17,976 nt of DNA, taken from IMG/VR virus record IMGVR_UViG_3300045988_081534, one strand, 5' to 3'. Position numbers and translations under genes: made by a program. The stretch comes from a virus. This document shows, piece by piece, positions 1 through 6,968 of this stretch. Within the stretch, counting starts at the first letter, position 1; each line of letters starts with the position of its first letter. The notes beneath the pieces are model-generated. The model was not told the origin of the DNA. It searched no databases and was given only the letters and a program-made list of their open reading frames with translations.

Positions 1-45
1 CCTTTCCTTAACTTTCTATATATATTATATAATAATTTTATAAAA

Positions 46-80
46 AAATAAAGACGCTCTTTTAAGAGCGTCTTTATTTT
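46..80. terminator. bidirectional rho-independent terminator downstream of the 79..585 gene
   Basis: perfect 10-bp stem aagacgctct/agagcgtctt (51-60/65-74) with loop ttta, flanked by A-run on one side and T-run on the other. Confidence 0.6.
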
Positions 81-585
81 ACTCAAGGTCGATTACATAA
101 TTCTCTTGGATAAATGAATCTTCTGGAATATAGATGGTATACTCGGTAGACCAGGGTCCAAGCAAGAAATTCAAAACTGGGTTTTTAAAACGGATTTTGT
201 TTTCTTCTATGTATGGGGCATCATCTGTATTCTTAATATAGGACTGATCTGCCTCAATAGATTTGGCGGTTATACCTTTATCTGTTTGATACAGGAATGA
301 GTAATAGAGCCCATCTTCTGTATAATAACGGCCTACGTAAGAACTAAAATTATCACTCAAAGCAGTAATAGAATATGTTTGAGTGGTTTTTGCAGAATAA
401 GTTGCAGGTTCAACAAAAATAACAATACCACAAATTATAATCGCAAATAAGAAAGCGATAAATGCTGAAAGTACAACTCCGAGAATTGTAGAGAATAGAT
501 ATTCTGCAAAAGAGTCACAGTCTTTATATAATACTATAAGAGATGTAACCATGAGTAATATAAAGAATCCAATAGCTAATGGCAT
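79..585 (-). CDS. membrane protein, two N-terminal TM helices plus a soluble C-terminal domain; function unknown (candidate exclusion or abortive-infection type protein)
   Basis: 168-aa ORF; SD gaaaagagg 9 nt before ATG; hydrophobic segments LAIGFFILLMVTSLIVL and ILGVVLSAFIAFLFAIIICGIVIFV; terminator directly after stop. Confidence 0.7.
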   Translation of the reverse strand: MPLAIGFFILLMVTSLIVLYKDCDSFAEYLFSTILGVVLSAFIAFLFAIIICGIVIFVEPATYSAKTTQTYSITALSDNFSSYVGRYYTEDGLYYSFLYQTDKGITAKSIEADQSYIKNTDDAPYIEENKIRFKNPVLNFLLGPWSTEYTIYIPEDSFIQENYVIDLE

Positions 586-610
586 AAGTAAAACCTCTTT
601 TCTTATTTAT

Positions 611-726
611 ATAAATATATTACCATATTTTATTAAGATACGCAAGTAAATCTTATGGATTATAACGAACCGTCATAATTTCTCACGGACGCGGGAATTT
701 TTAGGCAGAGAAATTGGCAATCCCGC
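611..726 (-). promoter_or_regulatory. candidate leftward promoter (TTGCGT-17-TGgTAATAT, about 611-645) plus inverted repeat cgcgggaatt/aatcccgcgg (686-726) between divergent transcription units
   Basis: read directly from sequence; IR has 8-9 bp arms with about 22-nt spacer; sits between the leftward membrane-protein gene and the rightward RHH operon. Confidence 0.3.
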
Positions 727-829
727 GGTAATTTTAATAAAATGGTCATAGAGGTATTTTTGTCCAAAATTTTCTAATGTATTGATTGTTCTATTGTTTA
801 TAATTTTAGAAAAAAGTTTAACAAATTTT

Positions 830-858
830 AGGACAAAACCGGAAAATTATGTTATAAT
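830..858 (+). promoter_or_regulatory. candidate promoter with extended -10 (TGtTATAAT at 850-858) for the RHH/replication operon
   Basis: extended -10 motif 30 nt upstream of RHH start; -35 weak (aggaca). Confidence 0.35.
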
Positions 859-888
859 AAAAGTAAAGAATAGTAGAGAGGTGATTTT

Positions 889-1032
889 ATGAATTATTCC
901 ACTGTTTCTGTTAGATTAACAGAGGAAGAGAAGAAAGATTTGGAAGTCTTTGCTAAGAGTTGTGATTTAACAATGTCTTAGGTAATTAGAAAGGCTGTTA
1001 AAGAATATATTGAGAAAAATAAAATAGACTAA
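889..1032 (+). CDS. ribbon-helix-helix (CopG/Arc/ParD-like) DNA-binding protein, 47 aa, contains one in-frame TAG (979-981) read as sense
   Basis: MNYSTVSVRLTEEEKKDLEVFAKSCDLTMS-x-VIRKAVKEYIEKNKID: beta-strand then helix pattern typical of RHH repressors; SD GAGAGGTG; TAG sits where RHH proteins carry E/Q/R before the IR.A helix; stop TAA. Confidence 0.7.
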
Positions 1033-1047
1033 AGGAGATTAAACTAA

Positions 1048-1269
1048 ATGACTAATGATACTTATAAAGTTTTTACGGTAAAGTTAGCACGCAAACTCTG
1101 TGATCTTGGTTTTATTATTGTTGGAACTGTTCCTAATGTTTAGAAACCTTGGTTAAATGTTTATCTTTTTGAAGATAGTTAGGATTTAAGGGATGCAGTT
1201 TAGAAGTATAAAGGGATAAGTTCGCTATTGGAGGATGATTGCCATGGCAGACAAAAGAAGAAGTCCTAA
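1048..1269 (+). CDS. DUF5659-like small protein, 73 aa, three in-frame TAG codons (1141,1180,1201)
   Basis: SD AAGGAG 9 nt upstream; KVFTVKLARKLCDLGFIIVG...KPW..VYLFEDS.DLRDAV.KYKG matches the LA..L...GF...-N-P....F.F....EL..AV..Y pattern of DUF5659; pattern continues across all three TAGs; stop TAA. Confidence 0.6.
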
Positions 1270-1633
1270 TTAGCGAACTATTAATCATATTCATAAGGAA
1301 CCATGTGATACTAATAATATATATGCTAGGATTAATAAGGAAGCGTTATTTGCGGCCCGTAGAGAGTTGACAGATGGAGAGTTCTCTTTGTGGATATTTT
1401 TTGCTAGTCAATCTGAGAGGTTAACTGATTATGATTTTGGGCCTACTATTATAGAAAAAGAGCTTGGTATAAAGAGAGCGAAATATACAAGTGCAGTAGA
1501 TGGATTGGTAAAAAAGGGATATTTAGTTCCAGTTGAGAGAAAAGGATATTACGATTTTTACGAGATTCCTATTGATAGTGACGACGATAAATATAATTAT
1601 ATAGCTCCAGACGGAGAGAAATTTTCTTTTTAA
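1244..1633 (+). CDS. winged-helix replication-initiator / replisome-organizer N-domain-like protein, 129 aa, in-frame TAG at 1271
   Basis: GGAGG SD 9 nt before ATG 1244; C-terminal part LTDGEFSLWIFFASQ...DFGPTIIEKELGIKRAKYTSAVDGLVKKGYLV resembles Rep/DnaD-like winged helix; iteron array begins immediately downstream; the track ORF 1367..1633 is the portion after the TAG. Confidence 0.55.
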
Positions 1634-1639
1634 TCGTAT

Positions 1640-2010
1640 TTCTGCAATACTATGAAAAATTTCATGTATTTCTGAGAATACTATGATTTCATCATATTGT
1701 GAAAAAGCTATGAAATTTTCATGTATTTGTTGGAAAGCGATGAAATTAATTTCATAGTATTATCAGAATACTATGAAATTAATTGAAAAGGATTTTCATA
1801 GCTTTTTCACAATACTATGAAATTAATTGAAAAGGATTTTCATAGCTTTTTCACAATACCATGTCATAGTATTCTGACAATACTATGAAAGTAAATAAAA
1901 ATCCATTTCATGGTATTCTGACAATACAACAAATATAACATATATTAGATAACAGAGTTAAGATAACAGTTGCGACTTTTTCATGTATTTGTGAAAAAGC
2001 GATGAGTAGG
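1640..2010. repeat. AT-rich iteron array, candidate origin of replication
   Basis: more than 10 copies of AATACTATGAAA / TTTCATAGTATT in both orientations plus repeated TTCATGTATTTG; directly follows the wH initiator-like gene. Confidence 0.6.
1767..1854. repeat. perfect 44-bp tandem duplication inside the iteron array
   Basis: aatactatgaaattaattgaaaaggattttcatagctttttcac occurs twice back to back (1767-1810, 1811-1854). Confidence 0.7.
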
Positions 2011-2021
2011 AGAATTAAAGC

Positions 2022-2198
2022 ATGGAAGTATTTAAACCGATTAAGGTAGAAAATTATCAATTCATGAAAAATGGATTAAATTAGTATGAACCAGTATTGG
2101 TTTACTTTAAAGATGATGAAGAAGAAGGTAAGGTATATTTTGTAATCTTATGGAGAGAATAGGGGAGATTAATATGGCTACTTTGTAGCCATAATTAA
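2022..2198 (+). CDS. small hypothetical protein, 58 aa, two in-frame TAG (2082,2160)
   Basis: SD AGGAG 9 nt upstream of ATG 2022; single frame to TAA 2196 interrupted only by TAG; MEVFKPIKVENYQFMKNGLN-x-YEPVLVYFKDDEEEGKVYFVILWRE-x-GRLIWLLCSHN. Confidence 0.35.
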
Positions 2199-2243
2199 GG
2201 AAGGTTTTAGAAATTTCGATTTAAAAAATCTTGATTTAGAATT

Positions 2244-2400
2244 TCAAATTAAAAAAAATAGGAAGATAAGAGAGAGTAAGGATATAAGAAGAGAGAGATA
2301 GAGAGATCTAATAAAGATGGATAGAAAAAAATAATAATAGAGTTTTAGTAAGAATAATAGAAAAAAAATAATAGAAATTGATAAAATAGGGAAGAGGTGC
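2244..2400. repeat. purine-rich (AG) low-complexity tract
   Basis: aggaagataagagagagtaaggatataagaagagagagatagagag...; the minus-strand ORF 2244..2438 is a low-complexity translation of this tract. Confidence 0.5.
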
Positions 2401-2477
2401 CGATCGGGCCTAGGTACAACCATCACAACACTCGTCACAACGATTGTAAACCTAGCCTTCCGCGATTATAATATATA

Positions 2478-2520
2478 TAAAAAAAGAGAGAAGCTACAAT
2501 ACTTCTCTCCTTTAATCTTT
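2478..2520 (-). terminator. rho-independent terminator for the 2530..2973 gene
   Basis: stem agagagaag/cttctctc (2485-2493/2502-2509), followed on the minus strand by a T7 run. Confidence 0.6.
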
Positions 2521-2529
2521 TTCCTCTTG

Positions 2530-2973
2530 TTACTTCAAATGTCTCAAAAACTCCATGATATTGTCCTCATCAGTCTTAGCCTTATTCATACTACCTGCAA
2601 GAGCATCAGAAATAGAGTCAACAGCAATGTCAATTACTTCATCAAGACTCTTTGCATTGACTACTCGAGCGGAAGTCTTAGCAGTTACAGTCATAGCCTG
2701 CATAAACTGCTTAATATCATTTGCTGTCCACTTAGGATTGCTCTTGCTATAAACCAGCGCAGCTACACGACCAACGTCATCCTCAGTGAGAGATAAATCA
2801 TCAACATTGCCATAAAAAGTAGACTCAATCTCATCCAGAAGAATATCTCGTTCATAGTCTGCGGCGTTAGCCTCGGAGATTCTATTCATAGCATCAGTAA
2901 ATGCCTTTGCAATCTCCTCCTGAGTAGAACCATTCTGCATTGCATCACGAATCATAATCTCATAACTATTCAT
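2530..2973 (-). CDS. acidic hypothetical protein, 147 aa (candidate DNA-mimic/anti-restriction type early protein; function unproven)
   Basis: uninterrupted ORF, roughly one quarter D/E residues, no recognisable domain; no SD directly upstream; TCGACA-17-TATAAT promoter candidate at 3043-3077. Confidence 0.6.
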   Translation of the reverse strand: MNSYEIMIRDAMQNGSTQEEIAKAFTDAMNRISEANAADYERDILLDEIESTFYGNVDDLSLTEDDVGRVAALVYSKSNPKWTANDIKQFMQAMTVTAKTSARVVNAKSLDEVIDIAVDSISDALAGSMNKAKTDEDNIMEFLRHLK

Positions 2974-3042
2974 AATAAGTTCTTTTAGTTAGAAAAAGCG
3001 TTATGATGCTTCTTAAACTAAAATCCTCCTTTTCTTTATCTT

Positions 3043-3077
3043 ATGTATATATTATATTATATTTTTTATATATTGTC
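3043..3077 (-). promoter_or_regulatory. candidate promoter TCGACA-17-TATAAT for the acidic protein gene; TGTCGAA (Spo0A-box-like) heptamer at 3071-3077 followed by CCGATCGG
   Basis: read from sequence on the minus strand: ggttcgacaatatataaaaaatataatataat. Confidence 0.35.
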
Positions 3078-3710
3078 GAACCGATCGGGTCTAGATAAAA
3101 AGATCGCTTTAACGGAATCCCGCGGAAAAGATTTTTCCTTTTCAAATAGTTAGCAACATCTTTGCTATTGTTTGCTGTATCTTTAATGGTTTTAATTCTG
3201 TGAATATCAAGAAATTTTGAGAAAAACGAGGCATTTTTTGCTTATTTTTAAGTAAATTTGTTAGAAAAACGCGCATTTTTGCAAGATTTTAGAGGTTTTT
3301 CGTTATATTTTGCGATAACAAGAGGTAAAAGATTGCGGGCCGATCGGTTTATCTAGCTAAAATCTCTATTTTTGAGCTATTTTTATCATAAAATCGTGTT
3401 AAACCGATCGGTTCCGCGAAAGAAATCTCTGGTCGTATTTGTTTTTCATAGCTATATCTTTGCTATTGCTAGTTGTATTTTAGAAAGTTTTGGTACTGTG
3501 AATACTTGACAATTTTAAGATTTTTATTATAAAAAATTGGACGAGAGAGCCAATATTGCTGGACCGATCGGGGCTAGATAAAGGAAGAAGTAAAGTAGGG
3601 CCGATCGGTGTTTGGAAGAGGGCGTTATGAATTTTGGGAAAATTGCTATGAAGTTGCGTTATGGCCAAGTTGCTATGAAAATTTTGCGCTATGGTCCGAT
3701 CGGGGAAATT
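3078..3710. repeat. noncoding repeat-rich region: 6 CCGATCGG palindromes (plus one at 2401), composite CCGATCGG-g(g/t)CTAGATAAA motif in both orientations, ~140-bp imperfect direct repeats (about 3078-3220 vs 3400-3540), tandem ttgctatgaa..ttgcg.tatgg units
   Basis: CCGATCGG at 3082,3338,3404,3563,3601,3697; ctttgctattg...ctgtgaata units at 3150-3215 and 3452-3520; gaaaaacg.g.catttttgc twice (3210-3235, 3262-3285). Confidence 0.5.
3507..3540 (+). promoter_or_regulatory. candidate rightward promoter TTGACA-16-TATAAA feeding a ~240-nt region that ends at the bidirectional terminator 3757-3785
   Basis: cttgacaattttaagatttttattataaaaaa; a degenerate copy of the same unit lies at 3190-3215. Confidence 0.35.
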
Positions 3711-3737
3711 CGGGCCGAGTCGCCCGCGACCGGCCCG
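3711..3737. other. pure-GC nested palindrome cgggccg-a-gtcgc-ccg-gcgac-cggcccg
   Basis: 7-bp outer arms plus 5-bp inner arms; same class of GC palindrome recurs at 5503,6896,7782,9434,10867,12560. Confidence 0.5.
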
Positions 3738-3756
3738 CTCAAAATTTTGCATAAAA

Positions 3757-3785
3757 AAATCTCCCCATAAGGGGAGATTTTTCTT
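3757..3785. terminator. bidirectional rho-independent terminator (atctcccc-ataa-ggggagat with A-run on one side, T-run on the other)
   Basis: 3759-3778 hairpin; ends the minus-strand gene 3785..4135 and any plus-strand transcript from 3507-3540. Confidence 0.65.
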
Positions 3786-4135
3786 TAGTTGAGAATTATT
3801 GGATATGCCTTGCGAATAACCACCGTAACCATGGCCGGGGGAGTGTCGCACAAGAAACGATCATTTCTGATAAAACGACCAATTCCCATATTCTGCCACA
3901 AAGTCCGGTTTACATCCTCGTATCGTAGGGTATTATACTTGGAAAGTTTGATATGCCAATCATAGATAAAGGAACCATCTTCCGGCATGGTGTAATCTGG
4001 CGCCCGCTTATAATTTCTCGTATGCTCTGCGGCTCTGCGTTCAAGGTCATTTGTCGTACCAATCTTGAGAATATAGCGCCCCTTTTTGTCGATATAATGT
4101 CCGACATATAGGAACTCTTTTCCCCTTGTCTGCAA
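3785..4135 (-). CDS. T5orf172 / GIY-YIG-like domain protein
   Basis: FLYVGHYIDKKGRYILKIGTTNDLERRAAEH...P...E matches the YVY...KIG.T....R..E motif of T5orf172 (DUF4357/Mug113) GIY-YIG-related domains; start is TTG in the track (start uncertain); stop TAA. Confidence 0.65.
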   Translation of the reverse strand: MQTRGKEFLYVGHYIDKKGRYILKIGTTNDLERRAAEHTRNYKRAPDYTMPEDGSFIYDWHIKLSKYNTLRYEDVNRTLWQNMGIGRFIRNDRFLCDTPPAMVTVVIRKAYPIILN

Positions 4136-4191
4136 ACTAACTATAACTTGCCTCTTTTCTGGTAGGGCCGGGGTAGGCCGACCCTACCCCG

Positions 4192-4509
4192 TTATTTCTT
4201 CGGCTTACGCTTTTGCACAAGCGTCAACTCGAAACTATCCCCACCAATAGAAAACGCAATCTGTCTTTCCTTGTTAGTAATAGACAAGTCAGCGATAGAG
4301 AATTGACTGTTTTTTTCCAAAAACTCTGCCAATTCCGCAATTATACCGCCTTTCGTGGCGTTTGGCTTGCGTTGCCGTGTAGTGAACTTATATGCGGTTG
4401 GCTGTTTGCGCGTTCCAGCATGGGCAAACTTTTGAGCGATTTTCGCCTTTTCTGGCGGTAAATCGTATTCAGTCTTTTTATCAGCCTCTACCGCCTTATC
4501 ATAGGCCAA
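4192..4509 (-). CDS. hypothetical basic protein, about 105 aa, TTG start
   Basis: GAGGAGG SD 8 nt upstream of TTG at 4509; no in-frame ATG upstream before a TAA; K/R-rich C-terminus; hairpin ggggtagg/cctacccc (4170-4190) directly after the stop. Confidence 0.55.
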   Translation of the reverse strand: MAYDKAVEADKKTEYDLPPEKAKIAQKFAHAGTRKQPTAYKFTTRQRKPNATKGGIIAELAEFLEKNSQFSIADLSITNKERQIAFSIGGDSFELTLVQKRKPKK

Positions 4510-4647
4510 TAAATCTGCCTCCTCTTCCGGCGTTAATTGCAGGGCTTTATACCTTGCAATCCGTTCAGCGTCACTAATGCGACTGGATATAATATCACCC
4601 CCATATTATAAGTTAGGGCGGGGATTTTCACCCCGCCCTATACGGGG

Positions 4648-5049
4648 TTACGCCATCTTAAAGAGGGACTTGCCCTTCTTCTCCGTGCAGACTACTCGAC
4701 CATCGAGTTTCAACTGCCGCACAAGAGCGGCGACCTTCTGGTTAGAATAGGCCGTCAGATCAGGAATAGCCTTAAAAATTTCCGTGCAGGTCACGCCATC
4801 GGTATCGGCGTCCAGACCAGCCAGATACTCCATAATCTGCTCCTTAAAGTTTTCGTTCTCCTGCTGGGTGGGAGTCAGCTTCTTGTCACCGCTGGAGCTA
4901 TTCTTCTTACGCAGAAGCTCCAGCTCATGGTCAATGATAGTAATGGCCACCTCGATGGTAGTGCCATACTTTACCTCGCCGTCAGTCAAGAGGGCCTTAA
5001 TGTCCTCAAAACGCTGGGCCTTGGTAATGCGGATTTTCTTCTCGTCCAT
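4648..5049 (-). CDS. hypothetical protein with C-terminal winged-helix-like segment; served by three tandem promoters
   Basis: likely start is the 4th Met (MDEKK...) with AAAGGA 8 nt upstream; TEIFKAIPDLTAYSNQKVAALVRQLKLDGRVV resembles a wH recognition unit; stop TAA followed by hairpin agggcgggg/ccccgccct (4613-4638). Confidence 0.6.
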   Translation of the reverse strand: MDEKKIRITKAQRFEDIKALLTDGEVKYGTTIEVAITIIDHELELLRKKNSSSGDKKLTPTQQENENFKEQIMEYLAGLDADTDGVTCTEIFKAIPDLTAYSNQKVAALVRQLKLDGRVVCTEKKGKSLFKMA

Positions 5050-5097
5050 AATATACATCCTTTCTGGTTTTTAGGACTGTCCTTGTCCTTTGATTAT

Positions 5098-5126
5098 ATT
5101 GTACCACACTATTTGGTACTTGTCAA
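5098..5126 (-). promoter_or_regulatory. promoter P3: TTGACA-17-TGgTACAAT (extended -10)
   Basis: minus strand cctcttgacaagtaccaaatagtgtggtacaatataatc; -35 at 5121-5126, -10 at 5098-5103. Confidence 0.55.
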
Positions 5127-5192
5127 GAGGTTTTTCAAACTTTTTTCAAGAACTTTTGCTCTTTACTTGTTTGCCCTCTCAACCTCCCTTAT

Positions 5193-5221
5193 AGTGTAAC
5201 ACACTTTGGAAAGTTTGTCAA
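5193..5221 (-). promoter_or_regulatory. promoter P2: TTGACA-17-TACACT
   Basis: minus strand gggcttgacaaactttccaaagtgtgttacactataagg. Confidence 0.4.
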
Positions 5222-5269
5222 GCCCTTTTTATTTAATTTTCAAGGTGCATTGCCTTGTTTTCTGTACTT

Positions 5270-5298
5270 ATTATAGCACATCTTCAAAGGCTTGTCAA
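5270..5298 (-). promoter_or_regulatory. promoter P1: TTGACA-17-TATAAT (perfect consensus)
   Basis: minus strand ctcttgacaagcctttgaagatgtgctataataagtac. Confidence 0.55.
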
Positions 5299-5403
5299 GA
5301 GATTCTTGAAAGATTTTTGAGAAATTCGCTGTCGCTGTCTGCCGTTCGTCTCTCTCACTTTCTGAATGTATTTTACCACAAGCAAAAGCAGATTGCAAGC
5401 GTC

Positions 5404-5529
5404 AAATTGCACAAAAAATCGGAATTTTGGGAGAGAGTTTTTGTGCAAAATTCTGCACAAAAACGGGACGAAATTTTTGTGCAACATTACCATTGAAAAA
5501 TTCGGCCCGCGTCAGCCATCCGCGGGCCG
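5404..5529. promoter_or_regulatory. control module upstream of P1-P3: two inverted repeats ATTGCACAAAAA...TTTTTGTGCAA (5404-5452, 5453-5486) and GC palindrome cggcccgcg-N9-cgcgggccg (5503-5529)
   Basis: read from sequence; same TTGCACAA/TTGTGCAA arrangement recurs at 6841,7727,9380,10809,12513. Confidence 0.45.
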
Positions 5530-5554
5530 TCGACCTTTTAGATATAAAAAAAAT

Positions 5555-5576
5555 AAGAGGGCTGTAAAGCCCTCTT
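5555..5576 (-). terminator. rho-independent terminator aagagggc-tgtaaa-gccctctt followed (minus strand) by a T8 run
   Basis: stop codon of 5575..5760 lies inside the 3-prime arm; near-identical copies at 6949-6968 and 7840-7859. Confidence 0.6.
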
Positions 5577-5760
5577 AAATATCAATCATATAACTATAAA
5601 CCATATCCCAAAGCGGCATATCATCCAGAAGGATATTTACAGTCAAAAGTCCGGTTTCTGTCGGCCCATCAACAAACCATCCCAGCCGCTGCATAAGGTG
5701 AATAACCTCATAGACATAATCGGGGTCAAGATGGTTAGTGGTAAACTGTCTTGAAAACAT
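5575..5760 (-). CDS. hypothetical protein, 61 aa
   Basis: SD AAAGGAAAAG upstream of ATG; start lies just after hairpin cgggcggggc/gcccctacccg (5777-5801) that contains the stop codon of the upstream exonuclease gene. Confidence 0.5.
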   Translation of the reverse strand: MFSRQFTTNHLDPDYVYEVIHLMQRLGWFVDGPTETGLLTVNILLDDMPLWDMVYSYMIDI

Positions 5761-5787
5761 TTCTTTTCCTTTCTATCGGGCGGGGCT

Positions 5788-6579
5788 TTAAGCCCCTACC
5801 CGAATTGTCGGATTATTTTTCAAACTTGCGGAAAGTTGACGCTGAAAATCTGTCATAGGCGGAAACTCTCTTTTATTCTCATACAGGGCCTTTCTCATGG
5901 GCTTATGCTGACGCATACAATACCACATGATTTCCGCCTCAATCAGAACATCCTCAAGCCCCGTATGACTTTCTTCAAAATCGGTATTGCCAGAGATAAA
6001 CCGCCACACGATTTCCGCAGTCTTGCGGGGGACACCATTAGCCTGGACATATCCGTTTTCCTGACAGAATTTCTTATAAGTGGGCATATTGCAGATAACA
6101 TCCTGTGTCATCTTCATAATATCCCAAATCTCCACGCTGTCAAACGGGAACCAATAACGCCACTTGGAGTAGGTCACATAACGCTGTGTAACTCTCAAGG
6201 CATTATCGTCAAATCTGGCATTATAAGCCGCAACTTCCTTAATGCCGTATCGCTCAATGGTATTGAGCATAACTTGGCGGATTTCATAAGTGGTAGCCAT
6301 TTTACGAGTGCCGGCCCGCAGTTCCTCAATATAGCGGGGAATTTTCCAATTATAATAAGCAGTCCGCATGAGATCCCGCTCATCGTTGAAAATGTCCCTA
6401 TTTACAAAACTGGCAGTTTCATAAATATTGCCCTTGGTATCCACTACCGCCCATCCGCAATCATAGACAAGAACGCAACTCATATCCATGCGGGCTTTGC
6501 CGTTTTCGTCAGTTTCAGTCAGTGTGTTAGCAGTTTCAGTATCAACCACCAAAACATAGTGTCTACGCTTATCAATCAT
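5788..6579 (-). CDS. DEDDh (DnaQ-like) 3-prime to 5-prime exonuclease, 263 aa
   Basis: ExoI YVLVVDTETAN, ExoII AAYNARFDDNAL, ExoIII HTGLEDVLIEAEIMW; SD AAGGAAG 9 nt upstream; the 250-aa plus-strand ORF 5836..6588 is its antisense shadow. Confidence 0.75.
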   Translation of the reverse strand: MIDKRRHYVLVVDTETANTLTETDENGKARMDMSCVLVYDCGWAVVDTKGNIYETASFVNRDIFNDERDLMRTAYYNWKIPRYIEELRAGTRKMATTYEIRQVMLNTIERYGIKEVAAYNARFDDNALRVTQRYVTYSKWRYWFPFDSVEIWDIMKMTQDVICNMPTYKKFCQENGYVQANGVPRKTAEIVWRFISGNTDFEESHTGLEDVLIEAEIMWYCMRQHKPMRKALYENKREFPPMTDFQRQLSASLKNNPTIRVGA

Positions 6580-6611
6580 AATCTTTGACTTCCTTTCCTC
6601 TTGTTGAGTTT

Positions 6612-6640
6612 ATTATAGCACATACCATGCTTGATGTCAA
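6612..6640 (-). promoter_or_regulatory. perfect consensus promoter TTGACA-17-TATAAT for the exonuclease gene
   Basis: minus strand cttgacatcaagcatggtatgtgctataat. Confidence 0.6.
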
Positions 6641-6804
6641 GAGGAAAAGGAAATTTTTATTGCGATTTACTGCAAGCTACTGGGCATTAGAACGGCCTAT
6701 TCTAACGGCGTTCACTCGACTTACGACACAATATAAATTTACTTCCTTTACTTTCTAAGAGTTCGCGACCTCTTGATTTCTTGGCCTTCCCCTCTTGACA
6801 AATA

Positions 6805-6922
6805 TATAATACCATACTTTCGGGATAATTACAAGATGGCAAATTGCACAAAATTTGCAAGCCAAAATTGTGCAACATCGACAAAAACAAAAACTCGGCT
6901 CGCCGCGTGCGCCAGCGAGCCG
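6805..6922 (-). promoter_or_regulatory. control module: promoter TTGTAA-17-TATTAT (6805-6833), inverted repeat AAATTGCACAAAA...AAAATTGTGCAAC (6841-6876), GC palindrome cggctcgc-N11-gcgagccg (6896-6922); no intact gene follows this promoter
   Basis: read from sequence; downstream of the promoter there is an AAGGAAG SD (about 6736-6742 on the minus strand) but no start codon. Confidence 0.35.
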
Positions 6923-6948
6923 CCCAAACGATATTAAAGAGTAAAAAT

Positions 6949-6968
6949 AAGAGGGCCGAAGCCCTCTT
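6949..6968 (-). terminator. rho-independent terminator aagagggc-cgaa-gccctctt
   Basis: identical stem-loop to 7840-7859; stop of 6967..7155 inside the stem. Confidence 0.6.

Noticed and set aside
2244-2438. 64-aa minus-strand ORF (MTSVVMVVPRPDRHLFPILSISIIFFLLF...)
   Set aside because: It is a translation of a pyrimidine-rich low-complexity tract, with no SD and no promoter. It is noncoding repeat.
2442-2473. Plus-strand TTGTAA-17-TATAAT promoter-like element pointing into the terminator at 2478-2520
   Set aside because: It would produce only a tiny transcript ending at the adjacent bidirectional terminator and antisense to the acidic gene. It is likely a chance match in AT-rich sequence.
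3480-4107. ORFs 3480..3851 and 3910..4107 on the minus strand
   Set aside because: The first runs through the GC palindrome, the terminator and the repeat island. The second is an alternative frame inside the T5orf172/GIY-YIG gene. Neither has translation signals.
5836-6588. 250-aa plus-strand ORF
   Set aside because: It lies antisense to the well-supported DEDDh exonuclease gene. It has no SD and a low-complexity hydrophobic translation. It is an open-frame shadow of the real gene.
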